A DNA stretch of 62,179 nt, counting the filler, from Choristocarpus tenellus KU-1152 (lineage: Eukaryota; Protista; Phaeophyceae), in assembly GCA_964200185.2 (NCBI GenBank). It is 11 parts of 11 records of this genome, joined end to end, with 100 filler letters (N's around TTAATTAATTAA, not from the genome) between each part and the next. Parts side by side here need not be neighbours in the genome. Positions count along the whole stretch, not along the records: positions 7,788 to 16,321 come from CAXNAD020004611.1; positions 16,422 to 22,886 come from CAXNAD020008082.1; positions 22,987 to 30,987 come from CAXNAD020005283.1; 8 more parts are not named here. One strand, written 5' to 3'. Shown here piece after piece: positions 11,640-28,651 of this stretch. Numbering within the stretch: position 1 is the first letter of the stretch; each line of letters opens with the position of its first letter. A model generated the notes under the pieces. It had not been told where the DNA came from. It did not search any database and saw nothing but the letters and a program-made list of their open reading frames with translations. Position numbers and translations under genes: made by a program.

Positions 11640-12060
11640 CCCAGATAGGAGGAGTACGCTGGTGTTGGAGATTATGTTCTGTATTGGGGGACAGTAGGTT
11701 CTTTAACATGAGCAACAGTAATGACCAGGCTAGATATTTCCAACGTAGTCCATGAAGTAGTCAAGCACTGCATTAGTGATCCAAACGCTGCACACATTGG
11801 CATGCATTATTGGTGTATTTGAACATATGTACAAGTGTGTTCGCTTGGGTTTGGGTGACAATGGTAAGGAGTACTCTTGCAGATGGTAGGTGCATTGGAG
11901 ACTTTGATGATCATAGATGTGTGACTGAGAGGAAATGGCTTAGATGTCAAGGGGACATACTTAGTTGTCTGCCAAGAGACCCACAAGAGGATAATGATTC
12001 AGTGTTGAATCATACCTTGTCAGCAGTGCAGCAACAAGCTTCATCAACAAGTGGTGTAGT
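11640..12060 (+). mobile_element. Degenerate copia RT C-terminus / RNase H fragment
   Basis: VGSLT*ATVMTRLDISNVVHEVVKHC..DP..AH (~11695-11795), then ADGRCIGDFDDHRCVT (cf. DADWAGD.DDRRSVT). Confidence 0.65.
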
Positions 12061-12441
12061 GTAGTCTATCATATCAAACTAGAGAAAGGACCTGGCAGTA
12101 ATTTAGTGGAAGAATCCCAGATCCAGTGCGGGCCACCAGCCCATTGTCGTTCATCCAGAATGCATCGCACAGTACTGCTATCACTGACACATTTCATACA
12201 TACACAGTCATGTTCACATACTTACAAGATACTACTACTATAGCACAGAAAGGACATTCAGTATGCATGCATATAGGTGACATGCTTGCCCAGAAAATGG
12301 AGTAAACGAAATGGTGAACATAGGTTGTTCAAGTTTGTGTGCTTTGCACATGTGAATTTAGTCTCTCTGGTGTCGCCAATAAAGATCATGCGATCTTGTG
12401 GTAACAAATCACTGAGAGTTGGGTGGCAAAGAGATCACTGA

Positions 12442-12688
12442 AAGTCATATTAAATGAGAGGTGCCCAATGATACATTTTCAGGATGTTGACAAAAGTCCA
12501 AAATTGGGTAAAAATGCCTTCAAGAACTTTTTTGAATTCTGTCAAATTTTCAAACAATAGAGAAATCAATGGTCTCAAGTCAATCTTAAATATGTCTATA
12601 TAAATAAGGTTAAAATGCAAAAGATGACAAAAAAAGCCGTAAAATTCAAAACGACCAAAATCTGGGCACTTCTCGTTTACTTTGGCTA
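12442..12688. mobile_element. MITE family D (~250 bp), diverged
   Basis: Ends aagtcatattaaatgagagg / ctcgtttactttggct. Internal aacaatagagaaatcaa and ccaaaatctggg are shared with the copy at 27200. Confidence 0.65.
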
Positions 12689-14574
12689 CGACCAAGAAAA
12701 AAAACATGTTTGGTTGTAAGTGAGTGAACTAGACATGGCTAGAGTTGAACTGGACTAGTGTAAACAAAAGTGGACTGGAGACAGGGAAAAGTGAGTTACC
12801 AAATGCCCCTGCATGACTGCTTCCTTGACAAATATCTCCTTGCCCCACCTCCTATGACTCTAGCCACCCCCCTTCATTCAAAGGATCTATCTACCAGGCT
12901 CCTTTTTTTCAGTGATGGCACCTGGTGTCTCCAAAGAGACTCCATAGACCACTGAATGGAGCGAACATATGTAGCATAGGCTCTTCTTGCTCCTGTCCAC
13001 CTCTGAAACAACACCTCCTCAGAAGAATCCACTGATATACTCTACCAAATGATATACATTAAATATTGTATGGACAAAGGCAGGGTGGTGCTCATCCTTG
13101 AATGAGTACTCTCTACTGGTAACTGTTCAACACTTGAAAGGAATCCTGTCCTGAATATAACACAACTTGAGGGTATATTTGCATACTTGCAAGTACTAGA
13201 GCGGTTTAGTAGCAGTTGGGCATGTGCCAGAGTTACATTAAAGCCTTCAATTACCAAAAATAACGCAAACTGCAATACCTGTACGCTGGAATGACACCTA
13301 GTATGCGTCGCGTTGAAAGTTTTGATAGCACCTTCTCACTCGGTTGTGCAACGACTCTGAAACCGCAATGTTTGGTCCAAGTTACTGTTCAGCGTATGGA
13401 TCATCCTCGGGCACTCCTGTCTGCCGTCTGGGCTGCATGACTTCCTGCACAAGCTGCAGAAAAGTGATAATAAACAGGAAGGCAATGGTTGGGGAGAGAA
13501 TAGTTTTACGCACAAGTGTTGGTAGAAAGGCTTGTCAGGAAGATCCGATCGTTGCATGTGTTCTGATTGTTAACTGACCAAAGTTGCAGTGCACGAATGT
13601 TGTTCACATTGAACGCATACATTCCCTTGCACTGCCTTTCCACTATTAGTGAAGACATTCCAGGCTGCACCAATCACTTAACGATAAAAACGGAATAACT
13701 ACCTGACACATGTAAGGTCCCTAGGAGATGCAAAAGGCGCCGATCTCAACAACAGGGATATCAGCTTACGATAATATCACCATAGTACAGTGCATGAAAT
13801 TGACCCAGTCATATTTGCGCTGTTTGATTGTTGTGCGGTTTTAACTTTTGCCGTAACATAATGTCAAATTCTTGAAGCAAGACACGAGAATCACGTGGGG
13901 CCGTAAAATCTCCCCTTTAGTCTTAGACAAACATACTTAACTGAAACGACACCAACGAACGCACAATTTCGCTTGAGGATCTGGAAACGTGTGGGTGTTG
14001 GGTGATCGATCAGCGCACAAAGTTGCATGTCTCCCACCTCATGCATCAAGGCGTTGTCCGCTGCATCGACACCGCCCCTGGGCTCCATTTCCCCTGTACT
14101 CTCCCAATGAAGAGCTACAGCCGGTCCCAAACCACATAAGCCAAGGCATTTCGATGCATCAACCTGAGTTGTTTAAGCAGTCCGAAGGTGCCTGATCAAC
14201 TTCTTGACGACTGAGTTTGGGGTTTTGAGGATGAAGCTTGCACTCACCTTAACTCCATGTGCGTCGGCCGCTTTCCGAAGGCAAGATAAGGTCTTCGCGG
14301 CGCCTTGGTCCAGACAATCCACATCTGTACAGACAAGCAAGGCATTCCTCTGGAGTCCAACCCTTCCCTTTCTTGACCACAATGCGTTACATCGGTCCGA
14401 TTCTCTTGTGATACCTAGAGATACGAGAGATCTTCCTAATTCCAACACATAAAATATGAGTACATACTGTGTAAACTTGGAGGGTGAAGAGAGGGTAAAC
14501 ATGTTGGAATGATTCACCATCACAGAATAAGGTTTGGTTAGGTTGGTACGATATTGAACTATTTCTTTCTTGTC

Positions 14575-14880
14575 AAGTGTGAGAGCCATCTTCCACAGAA
14601 GGTATACCCTGAAAGTGACTTATCTTGAACATCATGTAGAAGGTATACCCTGAAGGTGACCTATCTAGAACATCGATTCGTATGACATTTTTGAATTTTG
14701 AAGGTAACATCTGCTTGAAGTAAGATTGGGTGGTTTGAAGTGACTTTACCAAAGCCCCCTCCTTCACTTTTCTATGTGTTCACTCTTTTCCGGAGTGATC
14801 TTCTGAGGGATTGCTCTCCCTCTTTGACTTTGTCTCTCTTTAATCTGTCCTCCTGTCGGCTTGTTTCCACCTGTTTCACA
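14575..14880 (-). repeat. Dispersed decayed coding module, copy 1, with an internal ~40-bp duplication
   Basis: Shares tgtgaaacag.tggaaacaagccgacagg, acttcaagcagatgtta and ttcaagata.gt.ac with 26069-26330 and 39110-39322. Confidence 0.75.
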
Positions 14881-16321
14881 CAAGATCTTTTCTTTATTTC
14901 AAAAGTAAACTAATATAGTAATACTTTACAGTAGTTTCGCCTTGTGGTGTTATCCCATCAATTTAGACATCGGATTAAAAAGACAAGTATATTCGTGATG
15001 CCCATCATAATGCTCTCCAGAGTACGGGCTTCGTTTGTTTTTCCCGCCATTTATTTCTTTTTTTGAAAGAGAGAGCGCTCATTTTGGGGTTTGAACCCTG
15101 GATTGAGGTCACCAAGAGAGGCAACAGATGCACTATTACTTGATTAAGGTGTAAGGTTTAGCCAGGAAAAAAGCCTCCCCACCCTTTTTTCCTGTTTGTT
15201 CGCTCACCCACTCTTAGACCTCAGCAAGAATGTCCTCATCGACGCCCAGCACGAAACGCCTCTCGTAGCGCCCTTGCTCCAACACCTTGATATGGCCTTA
15301 GTTAGGAAGTCTCTCTCTCATTTACTCACAGTTTCCGACCTGACCTTTGCATATCCTGCCGCCATCTCGAGCGCCGTTTGACGGCCTTTGTCGTCGTTCA
15401 TACATAGGTACAGGACTTGCAGTGTTAGTCTTAACTATTACATTTCCTCGTTGTTGAGCGCTGGAAATGGGCATTGTCCGTGTTTCCTGGGTGGGAGATA
15501 TTTTATCAAGGCGCAAGCACTAGGGAGGACAGGCTTGAGTTGATCAAGAATTGTGTTGATTTCTCGAATGAAAGCAGACTGGGAGAAAGCCTTAATCAAC
15601 ATTATACGTTGAACCCCAAGTCCAGGAACAAAAGTAAATGTACGGCGCCTTGCAAGAAGTGGGAGACACCAAACCTTCAGTGTGCAAATACTCTCAATCT
15701 CACCTCCTCTTCTTCCCTGGCGTCCTTGTTGATGGCTACCTCCACCTGCTTCGTGACCTCTTCTAAGTAAAGAATTTGGTGGTACCGAAAGGTCTCTACA
15801 GCTACCTTTGCTACGATCGCTTTCTCCTCCACCTTGCGAGCCCTTTCGACCTTCTTTCGGGCTTCAGAGCCCTTGTAGCCCAACCTTAAGACCATATTTC
15901 TCGTTTCCTTAAGCCACTCCCGGTTCGTATAGCTTCCAAACAGTCAGGGCCTGCTGCAACTGTCGACTGCTAAGATATTCTACACCCGGGTTTTTGCTTA
16001 GGCGATTCCTGAGCGCGCATTGGCACGCAATCGCACTACTCTCTTCCTCAACCTTCCCTTCGGTTGGCCAACCTGGTTCTCCTTTCGCCTGCCGTGACCA
16101 GGCTTCCCTACAGACTTTGTCACTGTACGACCTGGTGATGGACTCGCTGCTCTCTTCCTGTTTTCCTGAGGCAGCAGAGACTGCAGAGCAGTGCTGTGTC
16201 GTGGTTGAAGATCCAACCACGTTTGTGTAGTAATGCTTTCAAAGCATCTTCTCTCAGTGCCAGTGTCGTGGCCCGTGGTCCATTGTGCGATTTGATCATG
16301 CTGCTGCACCACACTACTCAC

Positions 16322-16421
16322 NNNNNNNNNNNNNNNNNNNNNNNNNNNNNNNNNNNNNNNNNNNNTTAATTAATTAANNNNNNNNNNNNNNNNNNNNNNN
16401 NNNNNNNNNNNNNNNNNNNNN
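16322..16421. other. Artificial contig spacer
   Basis: N44-TTAATTAATTAA-N44. Confidence 0.98.
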
Positions 16422-16736
16422 GGGGTGCTGGCGTCCGTTTTTGACCCTAAGCTTTCAAGTGCTATGGAGAATCAGACTATAGTACAAGTGGTAATATTCA
16501 TTCATTGCACATGCAGCTGATGCTTATGGAATTGGAAAGCTTTATCATTACAAATTGTCTCTTATTGCAACCAAGTACACATTCACACTTCCACATTTGC
16601 TTCCAATATACAGTTAAAAAGACTTGATTTTTTTAAATTTGACATTCACAAAAAAACAATCATTATCACAGTAGCCCCTCCCACATGCCATCCTTCGTTG
16701 GTATCAAAATTGCCACTTGAAAAAAAAAAACTTAAC

Positions 16737-20885
<4,149 letters not shown>

Positions 20886-22485
20886 CGACTCGATGGTCCT
20901 GTTGTTTACTGTTTTGTACAGTACATTGCTTTTCTGTGTAAAGCACGAAATTCAAATATGTTACCACAAATTTGTATATATATACAAGGTGATCAAATTT
21001 CGAACTATTTTATTAATCCCACAAACATATTTTGGAGGAGTTGAAAATAACACTTTTTGTCAGATTTTTTTGTACATCGTGTTGGGTTGAAGGTTAATGT
21101 CGATGTTAATTTCAAACATAGCGTGACTACATCAATACTAACAGATCATAGTGTATCAACTTCCACATCAAATCTCCATCCTACTTCGTCGACTGCTTTT
21201 TGTGTTGCTGGTGACCGATTTTTTATCGCCCCTTTACACACATCACATACTCACTTCCTCAATGTGGGCAACAAATAGGATCTATCCATTCCTTATACTA
21301 GTCATCTCAAATATGCCATATATACACACACACTTCTTTCCTCCCCATTTTTGAAACAGTGGGGAATCATATTTCTAAAACATAATCCATCGTCAATGGG
21401 GGGGGGGTGAACGTGAACAATGCCTCGGTGGACAGCACAATAAATCCATGCCCAGCACACCAATCCCTGGGTCACCTCCTTGTCCTTGATGCCTAGCAGC
21501 TATTTCGCGGCATATTATGCCATTCTGGGTGGGAAATTCGATCCTGCTAAGTAGAAGGAGGCGTATGAGTTTGTATGAAACTCGCCACCTGTGATATGCC
21601 TACCTGGTGAGGTTGGTGGACACAGTGATGAGAACGGTGAGACATCAACTACAGGTAAGGATAGTATGCCCATTTCAACAGCACAAGATGACGACCAGAA
21701 TATGCTCAATTCCGCTGGAAATGAGCAAAGGGAGTCAGTGAGAGAGGGAACTGGATCCGAGGAGGGTAGTGTGGGTTTGGTTCCTGTTTGGAGTAGTACT
21801 AGAAATGGAGTAAGGAAAGTCGGACAGAGGGGAAATGATACCGTATCAGCAGGGTTTAAGAAGAAGGTTAGAAAATCAAGAACTCTGACCCTTCTCAGGG
21901 TATGGATGAACAGGATGATGTCATGGAAGAGGAAAATGGTCGTTGTGGTGATGAGGACAAGAAATGCCATACCACCCTCAATGGTAGTTTGGGGTGAATG
22001 ACAAGATGCGCGCTTTGTCCACTCAGGCGACAATTGAAGACAAAAACAATGAAGGAGCGGCAGCAAGCGTAGCAACCCCGCAAAAAACCCCGTCTCAACT
22101 CCCAACCTGGAACACTTACCTTCCAAAGCCACAACTCAATGTTCAAGAAAATCAAGTAAAGCGCAAACTAATTTGTAGATAAATATTTCTACTTCCACGA
22201 ACAGATATTTAACCATGTTGGCGGGGCATTTAATAGGGAGCAGCCAATACACACAAACACAAGCATTGTTAGTGTTGAAGTATGCAAAACACAATATTAA
22301 GAGGGCTAGGGGTACAATCCATAAATGAGAGGAAAAGTCTGATGTGCAGGGGCATAACTACAAACAGAAAAAAAAATAGTAACCGATAAATAGTGTCGAA
22401 GGCAGCAAACCATGCAAGGAATGTGATCAAGAAAGGTTGCAAATCACTGCAAGACAAAAAAACCTCCGAATTCAAATATATCAAA

Positions 22486-22801
22486 CCCTAACATCATCAC
22501 GTAAAGAAAGTCCTTGTCCAGATCAGGTACTTGATCTTTCTTTGCCAATAAACGCTCCCTCCACTAGGGAGATTCAGGCTTGGATTGGACATGTCCTCCA
22601 CCCACACTTCTCCTATCCTGCTCTTGTCCTCTGCAACACCTTCACTCAGCATATATATGAAGCCACTCCTGCATCGTGTCTACTCTATCACTTTTCTAAC
22701 TACTGCCCTTGTTGTTGCTTTAAGTGCTTTGACCTGGATAGCTTGTAGGTCTGCGATAGCCTCCAACAGGTGTATCGTATTGCCCTCAAAAATTGAGGAA
22801 A
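22486..22801 (-). pseudogene. Decayed duplicate of NDUFAF7 exon 3 and adjacent intron
   Basis: IHLLEAIADLQAIQVKAL..LPSGGSVYWQRK versus VHLVETSTELQAVQVEAL..LPGGGDIYWHKK. Has a frameshift, an in-frame stop and a lost GT donor. Confidence 0.8.
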
Positions 22802-22886
22802 GTCGAGGGATAAAGTGGATTTATCATGTTTATATCGCAACTACGAATATATATGACCTCAACGCCTTTGCGGTGGAAAGTTTTTG

Positions 22887-22986
22887 NNNNNNNNNNNNNN
22901 NNNNNNNNNNNNNNNNNNNNNNNNNNNNNNTTAATTAATTAANNNNNNNNNNNNNNNNNNNNNNNNNNNNNNNNNNNNNNNNNNNN
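22887..22986. other. Artificial contig spacer
   Basis: N44-TTAATTAATTAA-N44. Confidence 0.98.
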
Positions 22987-23116
22987 GGGGTGGTTTGTGA
23001 GGGGGCGTCCGTTTCGGTCAAAACACTAATTTTTTTTTCTGACATTTCAAATCCGACACGTGCGACCAAAGTGAAAAACAGAGTCCAACACCACCCCCCC
23101 CCAAATACTTTGACCT
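22987..23116. mobile_element. MITE family C, nearly complete
   Basis: ggggtggtttgtgagggggcgtccgtttc...C9-aaatactttgacct. Its missing left TIR is seen in the fragment at 40159-40196. Another fragment lies at 16422-16447. Confidence 0.75.
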
Positions 23117-25295
23117 AGTAATATACAAATATCTTAGTGATGAAGCTTTGCAAAACGAAAATGGATCAACTTCGTTTATAAATCGATTACAACCTGTTGA
23201 CTGCGTACAATCGACCAGTTCTTTCGCATCAAATAATCATCCTTTTCAACACAGACTAGGAATTCTTTGACTGAGGCGATCATCTCCAGATAGACTCATT
23301 ACACACAGCTCTGCAAAACGTATATGTTATGATATCGATCACAAATCAAGATGAAGTTTCGTGCTTTGCTATCTGCTGTCTGTGTCGCGACGCGTGCAAT
23401 GAACTCTGTAAGAGAGCACGCAATAGGATCAGCATTACTCAGTCATAAATAGGAGAGCCTCCTCCACTTGTGCTCTTCCTGGGAATAGGATTATAACAAC
23501 CACATAGGTTTCGGTGTATCGTTTCCTTCCAATTCAGTTGTTTGAAAATGTTCGGGTACAGTTCGCGACTTTTCGACGATCCTTCTCACACCACATAAAC
23601 TGCCAAGACATCATAATTAATTCAATAGATATTCAGCTTCGAAGGTCACCCTTGCCTGTCTCATCGATCACCCAATTTGAGCCACAGAGGCCGCCAAGCC
23701 ACGAAGACCAAGTCCAAAAGGTATCCAGCATGAAACCAGTCTTGCAGTTTCTACTGGTGTGTGGACTAAGATTTGCAGGATTTTGGCTAGGCAGGTATAG
23801 TGGCTTTGGGAGATATACCCTTCCTCCTGATGACCCCAAGTAGTGCGGACGCTCAATACAGGTTAACAGTGCACTAGCATTGTTAAGGAGATGGCTATTA
23901 AGAAAGGATGGTATCTATTATTATGAATGCGAATAAAAACGTGGGTACTTGCAAACGTTCTTATCATATTTATGACGTATCTTAATTCTGTATTTGTATG
24001 TTCTTGTTAATCAAAATAAGGTATGATTGGATATTGTTTGTTCTTTCTAACTTTCATCTTCCTCCCTTTTTGTGTTTTCTTAGAATCAGGTTGAGTGTGC
24101 AATTATTTTTTCCCACTATTAGGTTGAGCATTCTATACAAGTCATCACCCATCCTCCTCACTCGAATCTATCCAGATCTTTCTTTATCCTGAACTTACGA
24201 GAGAATGAAAGGGAACGTGTGATGATAGATATTAAATCAATGAATCGAGGACCAGTTCTTCCTTTTTCTATTATCTTCATTCATATTTTATTTGGAAATA
24301 ACCAAACAATACAGGAATTCAATTTTGTTGATTTTCCTACTAATACATCTACAAAATGTGATAGGTCATAATAAAAATAAATACAGAATCCAATGAAAGG
24401 GAAAAAAATCCTAATAATGTCCCCAATTTTGAATTGGTGAGAACTTCAAGAAAACAGAACAGTACAAAGAGAACGAACTAGACGAACATCTGCTACAGGG
24501 TCTTACAACCAAGATCCTTTAGCATTTGATGAGCTTATATTAGAAGATGGAAGGAAACCTCTTCAAAAATAATCTGGAATATTTTTGGACACAGATTTCT
24601 GGGTGGTCGACCAACTTGTTGTCCAACACTACTTGATGTTGGCACATAATCACCCGCTCAGTCAACAACCCTTCCTTACCATTAACACTCCCTGTTACGC
24701 GGATTGTACATGTTCTATCAACATCTATACAGATGCCTTTTTCAACACCGCCAGTACCACCGTCAACCACGTCAACTGGGGACTTGTGCATCAGTCTGAT
24801 AGATTCCGAGCTGAAGGCAGTCGTCGAGGAAAAATGTTCTCCAAAGATAGACCTTATTCGGAAATTGACAGAAACAAGGGACATGACGAATGCAAGGCAA
24901 TCCACATTTTTTATGTTATACAGGTTAAATATGCAATATGTATCATCTTAAAACTAACTCGAATATTTTGCACATGTGTTAGGGAAAAAAACGACGAAAA
25001 AGAACTTCAATATCATTGCTAAGAAGGGCCTGATTCTGTGTGATGGTGAGTGACGAGAACCACCAGAAATGAGGTTCAGAAAGGAAGTGAAAGATGAGAC
25101 TGAGGGATGGTAAGTGTATGTTGACAACGTTAGAGTGTAATGTGGATCAATCTATAATGTGATTGGGTTGCATCCATTCAAAATAGAAAACACAATCTCG
25201 AGCTTTGCTGGTTTGAATCCACCGTTCATGTCGGGATTCCCGCGAGCCGGTCGTGCGTCTGACCCTAAGTTGTTCTAAGCTTAATGGGAAAAGAT

Positions 25296-25474
25296 GACGC
25301 GCGCAAGTATATATGACCGCGCGTATTATCCTCATCAGACTTGGGAGATCGCAATAAAGGCGACCTGTTGGTGACATATTAAGTATTTCAATATGTCAGG
25401 GACAGGTTCCTTTTTTGGGATCTCCAACACACATGTTACGTATAAGACGCGCGGTCAGATACAATTGCGCGCTC
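25296..25474. repeat. Imperfect ~180-bp palindrome with 9-nt loop
   Basis: Left arm gacgcgcgcaagtatatatgaccgcgcgtattat..ttgggagatcgcaataaaggcgacctgttggtgacatatt pairs with right arm aatatgtcagggacaggttccttttttgggatctccaa..ataagacgcgcggtcagatacaattgcgcgctc. Confidence 0.85.
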
Positions 25475-26068
25475 CAAACCCGTCATTTGAACTCATCCAT
25501 ACCGACCGAAGAACCATTCCGATTCTGAAAAATCCATTTCTTTGCTGTGATGTTGCTCAGACTTTCTGGAACATCTGTCGTGTTCTGAAAGGGTTGTCTG
25601 TTCTGGATTTACAGATCTGTTATGAGATTAGAGTCAAGACCTTGAAACTCGTTCCACTCTCTGAGGTGAAGGAGTTTTCATCCCGGTGATTGTGATTGCC
25701 CCCTTTGAGCAGAGAACTTGGCACCTTTAACACTTCCACATACATATATATGTATATGGAAATAAGGATGTCCATATCACTGCATCTTCAACCTTCGTGT
25801 TTGATTTTCTTCGTATTTATTATTATATTATTATACACCTCACATTGTTCCATTTTGTATTCCTCCCCGATGAGACTCTGAAAACGATTCTCGGTCATGT
25901 GGAACATTTCGTGTCGTCTCCTTGATCGAACTATATCCCAGTCAGAATGATGTCGCATACATATATAGGATAAGTGTGGTGCTCAAACCACAGGCAACGA
26001 ACTAAGAGTTTCCCCAAAAGTACCGTTGAAGTACTCTCCCACTTCAGAATGATTGCCTTTGTCGCCAC

Positions 26069-26330
26069 TGTGAAACAGATGGAAACAAGCCGACAGGTTC
26101 TCCAGACTGAAGGGGAGTGGGAAGACCCACAGGAGGCAAGAAAATGGAGAGAGACAAGTGGAAAGTGATTGAGGGAGGTTTTCAAGGTCCCCTCAAACTA
26201 CCCCCCTATTCACTTCAAGCAGATGTTAACTTCAACATGCAGAAACTGACGTCAAATGAACAGATTCTTCAAGATAGGTTACCTTAAAGGTATACCTTAG
26301 TTGGGAGATGACTCTCACATATATATTGAA
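26069..26330 (+). repeat. Dispersed decayed coding module, copy 2
   Basis: See 14575-14880 and 39110-39322. Confidence 0.75.
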
Positions 26331-27199
26331 ATATTTGTGATATTGAATTTCTTTTTCATTTTTTTTCCCTGACATGTGCAAAATATTAGTTAGCTTAACG
26401 ATTACATATATTATTACTTGTTTAACCTATATCCCCCCCAAAACTTTACTATACATCATGTCCCATACGAACCGATACTCGCCAAAATGATTTTCTCCGT
26501 CTTGACTCTAACCTATCCACCCCCCTGTGAACGTTGGCCAGGAGTTCGGAAAGAAATCCAAGAGTCTGAAAGCCCCCCTGTAGCCATAATTGCATAAAAT
26601 AGGGTTTCAGTTTAATGGCCAGGCGGTATTTGTAAGAACGAAACTGTTACTAGAACATGTAGGGTTCGTTGTATACTGTTCAGGGTAAATGTATAGAGTA
26701 ATGTCGCTCCATTGACCTCCAATTTCTTACTCAGAGGAAGTCAGAAATTTCTCAGATAATATTGGTGGAACCTGCTCATATAACCCCCAAATGACATCTC
26801 TTTCTTGCAGTACTCAAGCGATTGGGATGGACAAGAAGACAAATAATTGAACACAGACTCAGACATGATGTGTCTCCATCTTGAAACAATGAATAATATA
26901 CTATTATAAACTTGGACAATTTCCAAATTTTGCAGGCATGGGGGGAAACAGAGCCCAAACTAACAATATTTTGACAAGAACTACTGTGGATGCAACAACA
27001 GTTGCCGTTGTAAGACACCTAATTGAAGCATGTACAACAAATAAATAAAAAACTTTGTGAATACGTTCTCTACAAACCAACGTTCACATTGGTATGCTTC
27101 CAATATTGTATTATACCCTCTGAAATTTTGCTTATATGCCAGTGAAAAACCAAAGATATATCATAAGGAGTGCTGTAGAAATATTGTCGCTAATGAAAA

Positions 27200-27467
27200 G
27201 AGTCAAAGTAAACGAGAGGTACCCAGATTTTGGCAGTTTTGCATTTCAGGCCAGTTTTTCAATCTTTTCCAATTCACCCATATTTCTAGGGATGAAGCGC
27301 TAAGTTTTATGAGAGGGTTGATTTCTCTATTGTTCTGAAAGTTTTCGACACAATCCGGAAGATATGCTACACGTATTTGTAAAAAATGTCCATTTATTTG
27401 CAACTGAACCCCCGAAAAAGAGTACATTTCGGTCAACACTCGATTCTGAAACTACCTTTGCTTTCAC
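27200..27467. mobile_element. MITE family D, right end uncertain
   Basis: Starts gagtcaaagtaaacgagaggtacccagattttgg. Inverted homologue of 12442-12688. Confidence 0.65.
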
Positions 27468-27559
27468 AACACAGAAAGGCACGTGAGGTAGCAATAATTG
27501 GATTCCCTATGGAACACAAGGTAGAACATATCATTGAACACAAGACTCCAGCGGCGCCA

Positions 27560-27625
27560 AACAAATACACCATATATGTATAACAAATACACCATATATG
27601 TATAACAAATACACCATATATGTAT
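27560..27625. repeat. 22-bp tandem repeat x3
   Basis: aacaaatacaccatatatgtat. Confidence 0.85.
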
Positions 27626-28117
27626 AGTCCCGGGTTGCAGTTCTCTGTCAACCAAAGGACTGGCCAATATGAAAAAATCTACGAAGTTGTGTATATGTAT
27701 AAATGACACGTATATTTCGGGCTATACGAAGAAATGTTCGCATTTATCTTGAACCATACCAAGCCAGACGAAATTTCCACAAGTTTTGAGAATAATGCCC
27801 CTCAAAACGAGATATCGAGGTTGCTTCTCAGCCGAGGCAAAACAAAATGATCTATGATAAAGTGATTCGTTTTAGACTGCCACCATCTTATACGAACTGT
27901 CTTGAAACATCACACTGTGTACTGAATGGTAGACTTCAAAAGAGCTACCCTTTGCTCTTCAAGTCTTGAAGGGATACTGTTAAACCTTTGGTGCATATTA
28001 GTATTTTACGTCTCCAGACTGGCATTGCTGTTGCACAAAATATTGATTATATGTGTTGTCGGGGATAGAAACAACATACAACATAAAAGAAGAGAGCATG
28101 GCAAACACAACAACACA

Positions 28118-28265
28118 GACTAAAAGTATCTGGGGGGGGGGTCTACAGCAGGGTGTCCATTTGGACCAAAATCAGGAAAAGTACATTTACATTATCCATC
28201 TGATGTATGCAACTAAATCACCCAAAAGTCACGACGTGAAAAAAATCGCCCCAAATGGACAGCCG

Positions 28266-28298
<33 letters not shown>

Positions 28299-28455
28299 AC
28301 AACACCCACCACAGACGCCCCCCCCCCCCCTTCTTCACAAACACCCTATCANNNNNNNNNNTTACTTTTGAACACAAAACACCCAAAAGTCACCCCGTGA
28401 AAAAAAACCCCCCCAATGAAAAGCCCCCCCCCCCCCCCCCCCAGATACTTTGAGC
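28118..28455. mobile_element. MITE family B spanning a 10-N gap, garbled by poly-C
   Basis: gactaaaagtatct-G11-tctacagcaggg...Cn-agatactttgagc. Apparent TSD CACA. Confidence 0.75.
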
Positions 28456-28651
28456 CACATCATCTGCAGAGTCTGCCCTCCATCCTTTTATAAAAAGGAC
28501 CTTTCAACACGTAACACAGACAGCGTTAGAATTTATTGACACATCTTACGTATACCCAACAAGTACGGTAGTAACATAATGAACATAATGTGAAAATAGA
28601 AATCCGTACAATTTGAGAAAAATCCCCAACGGGTTTGCAGTATACAGCAAA

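Noticed and set aside
15550-16321. LINE-like coding remnant on the minus strand
   Set aside because: Only vague resemblance, with no endonuclease or RT motif to support a call.
28261-28442. Apparent nested or duplicated MITE end with very long poly-C
   Set aside because: Flanks a 10-N gap and looks like low-quality read ends.
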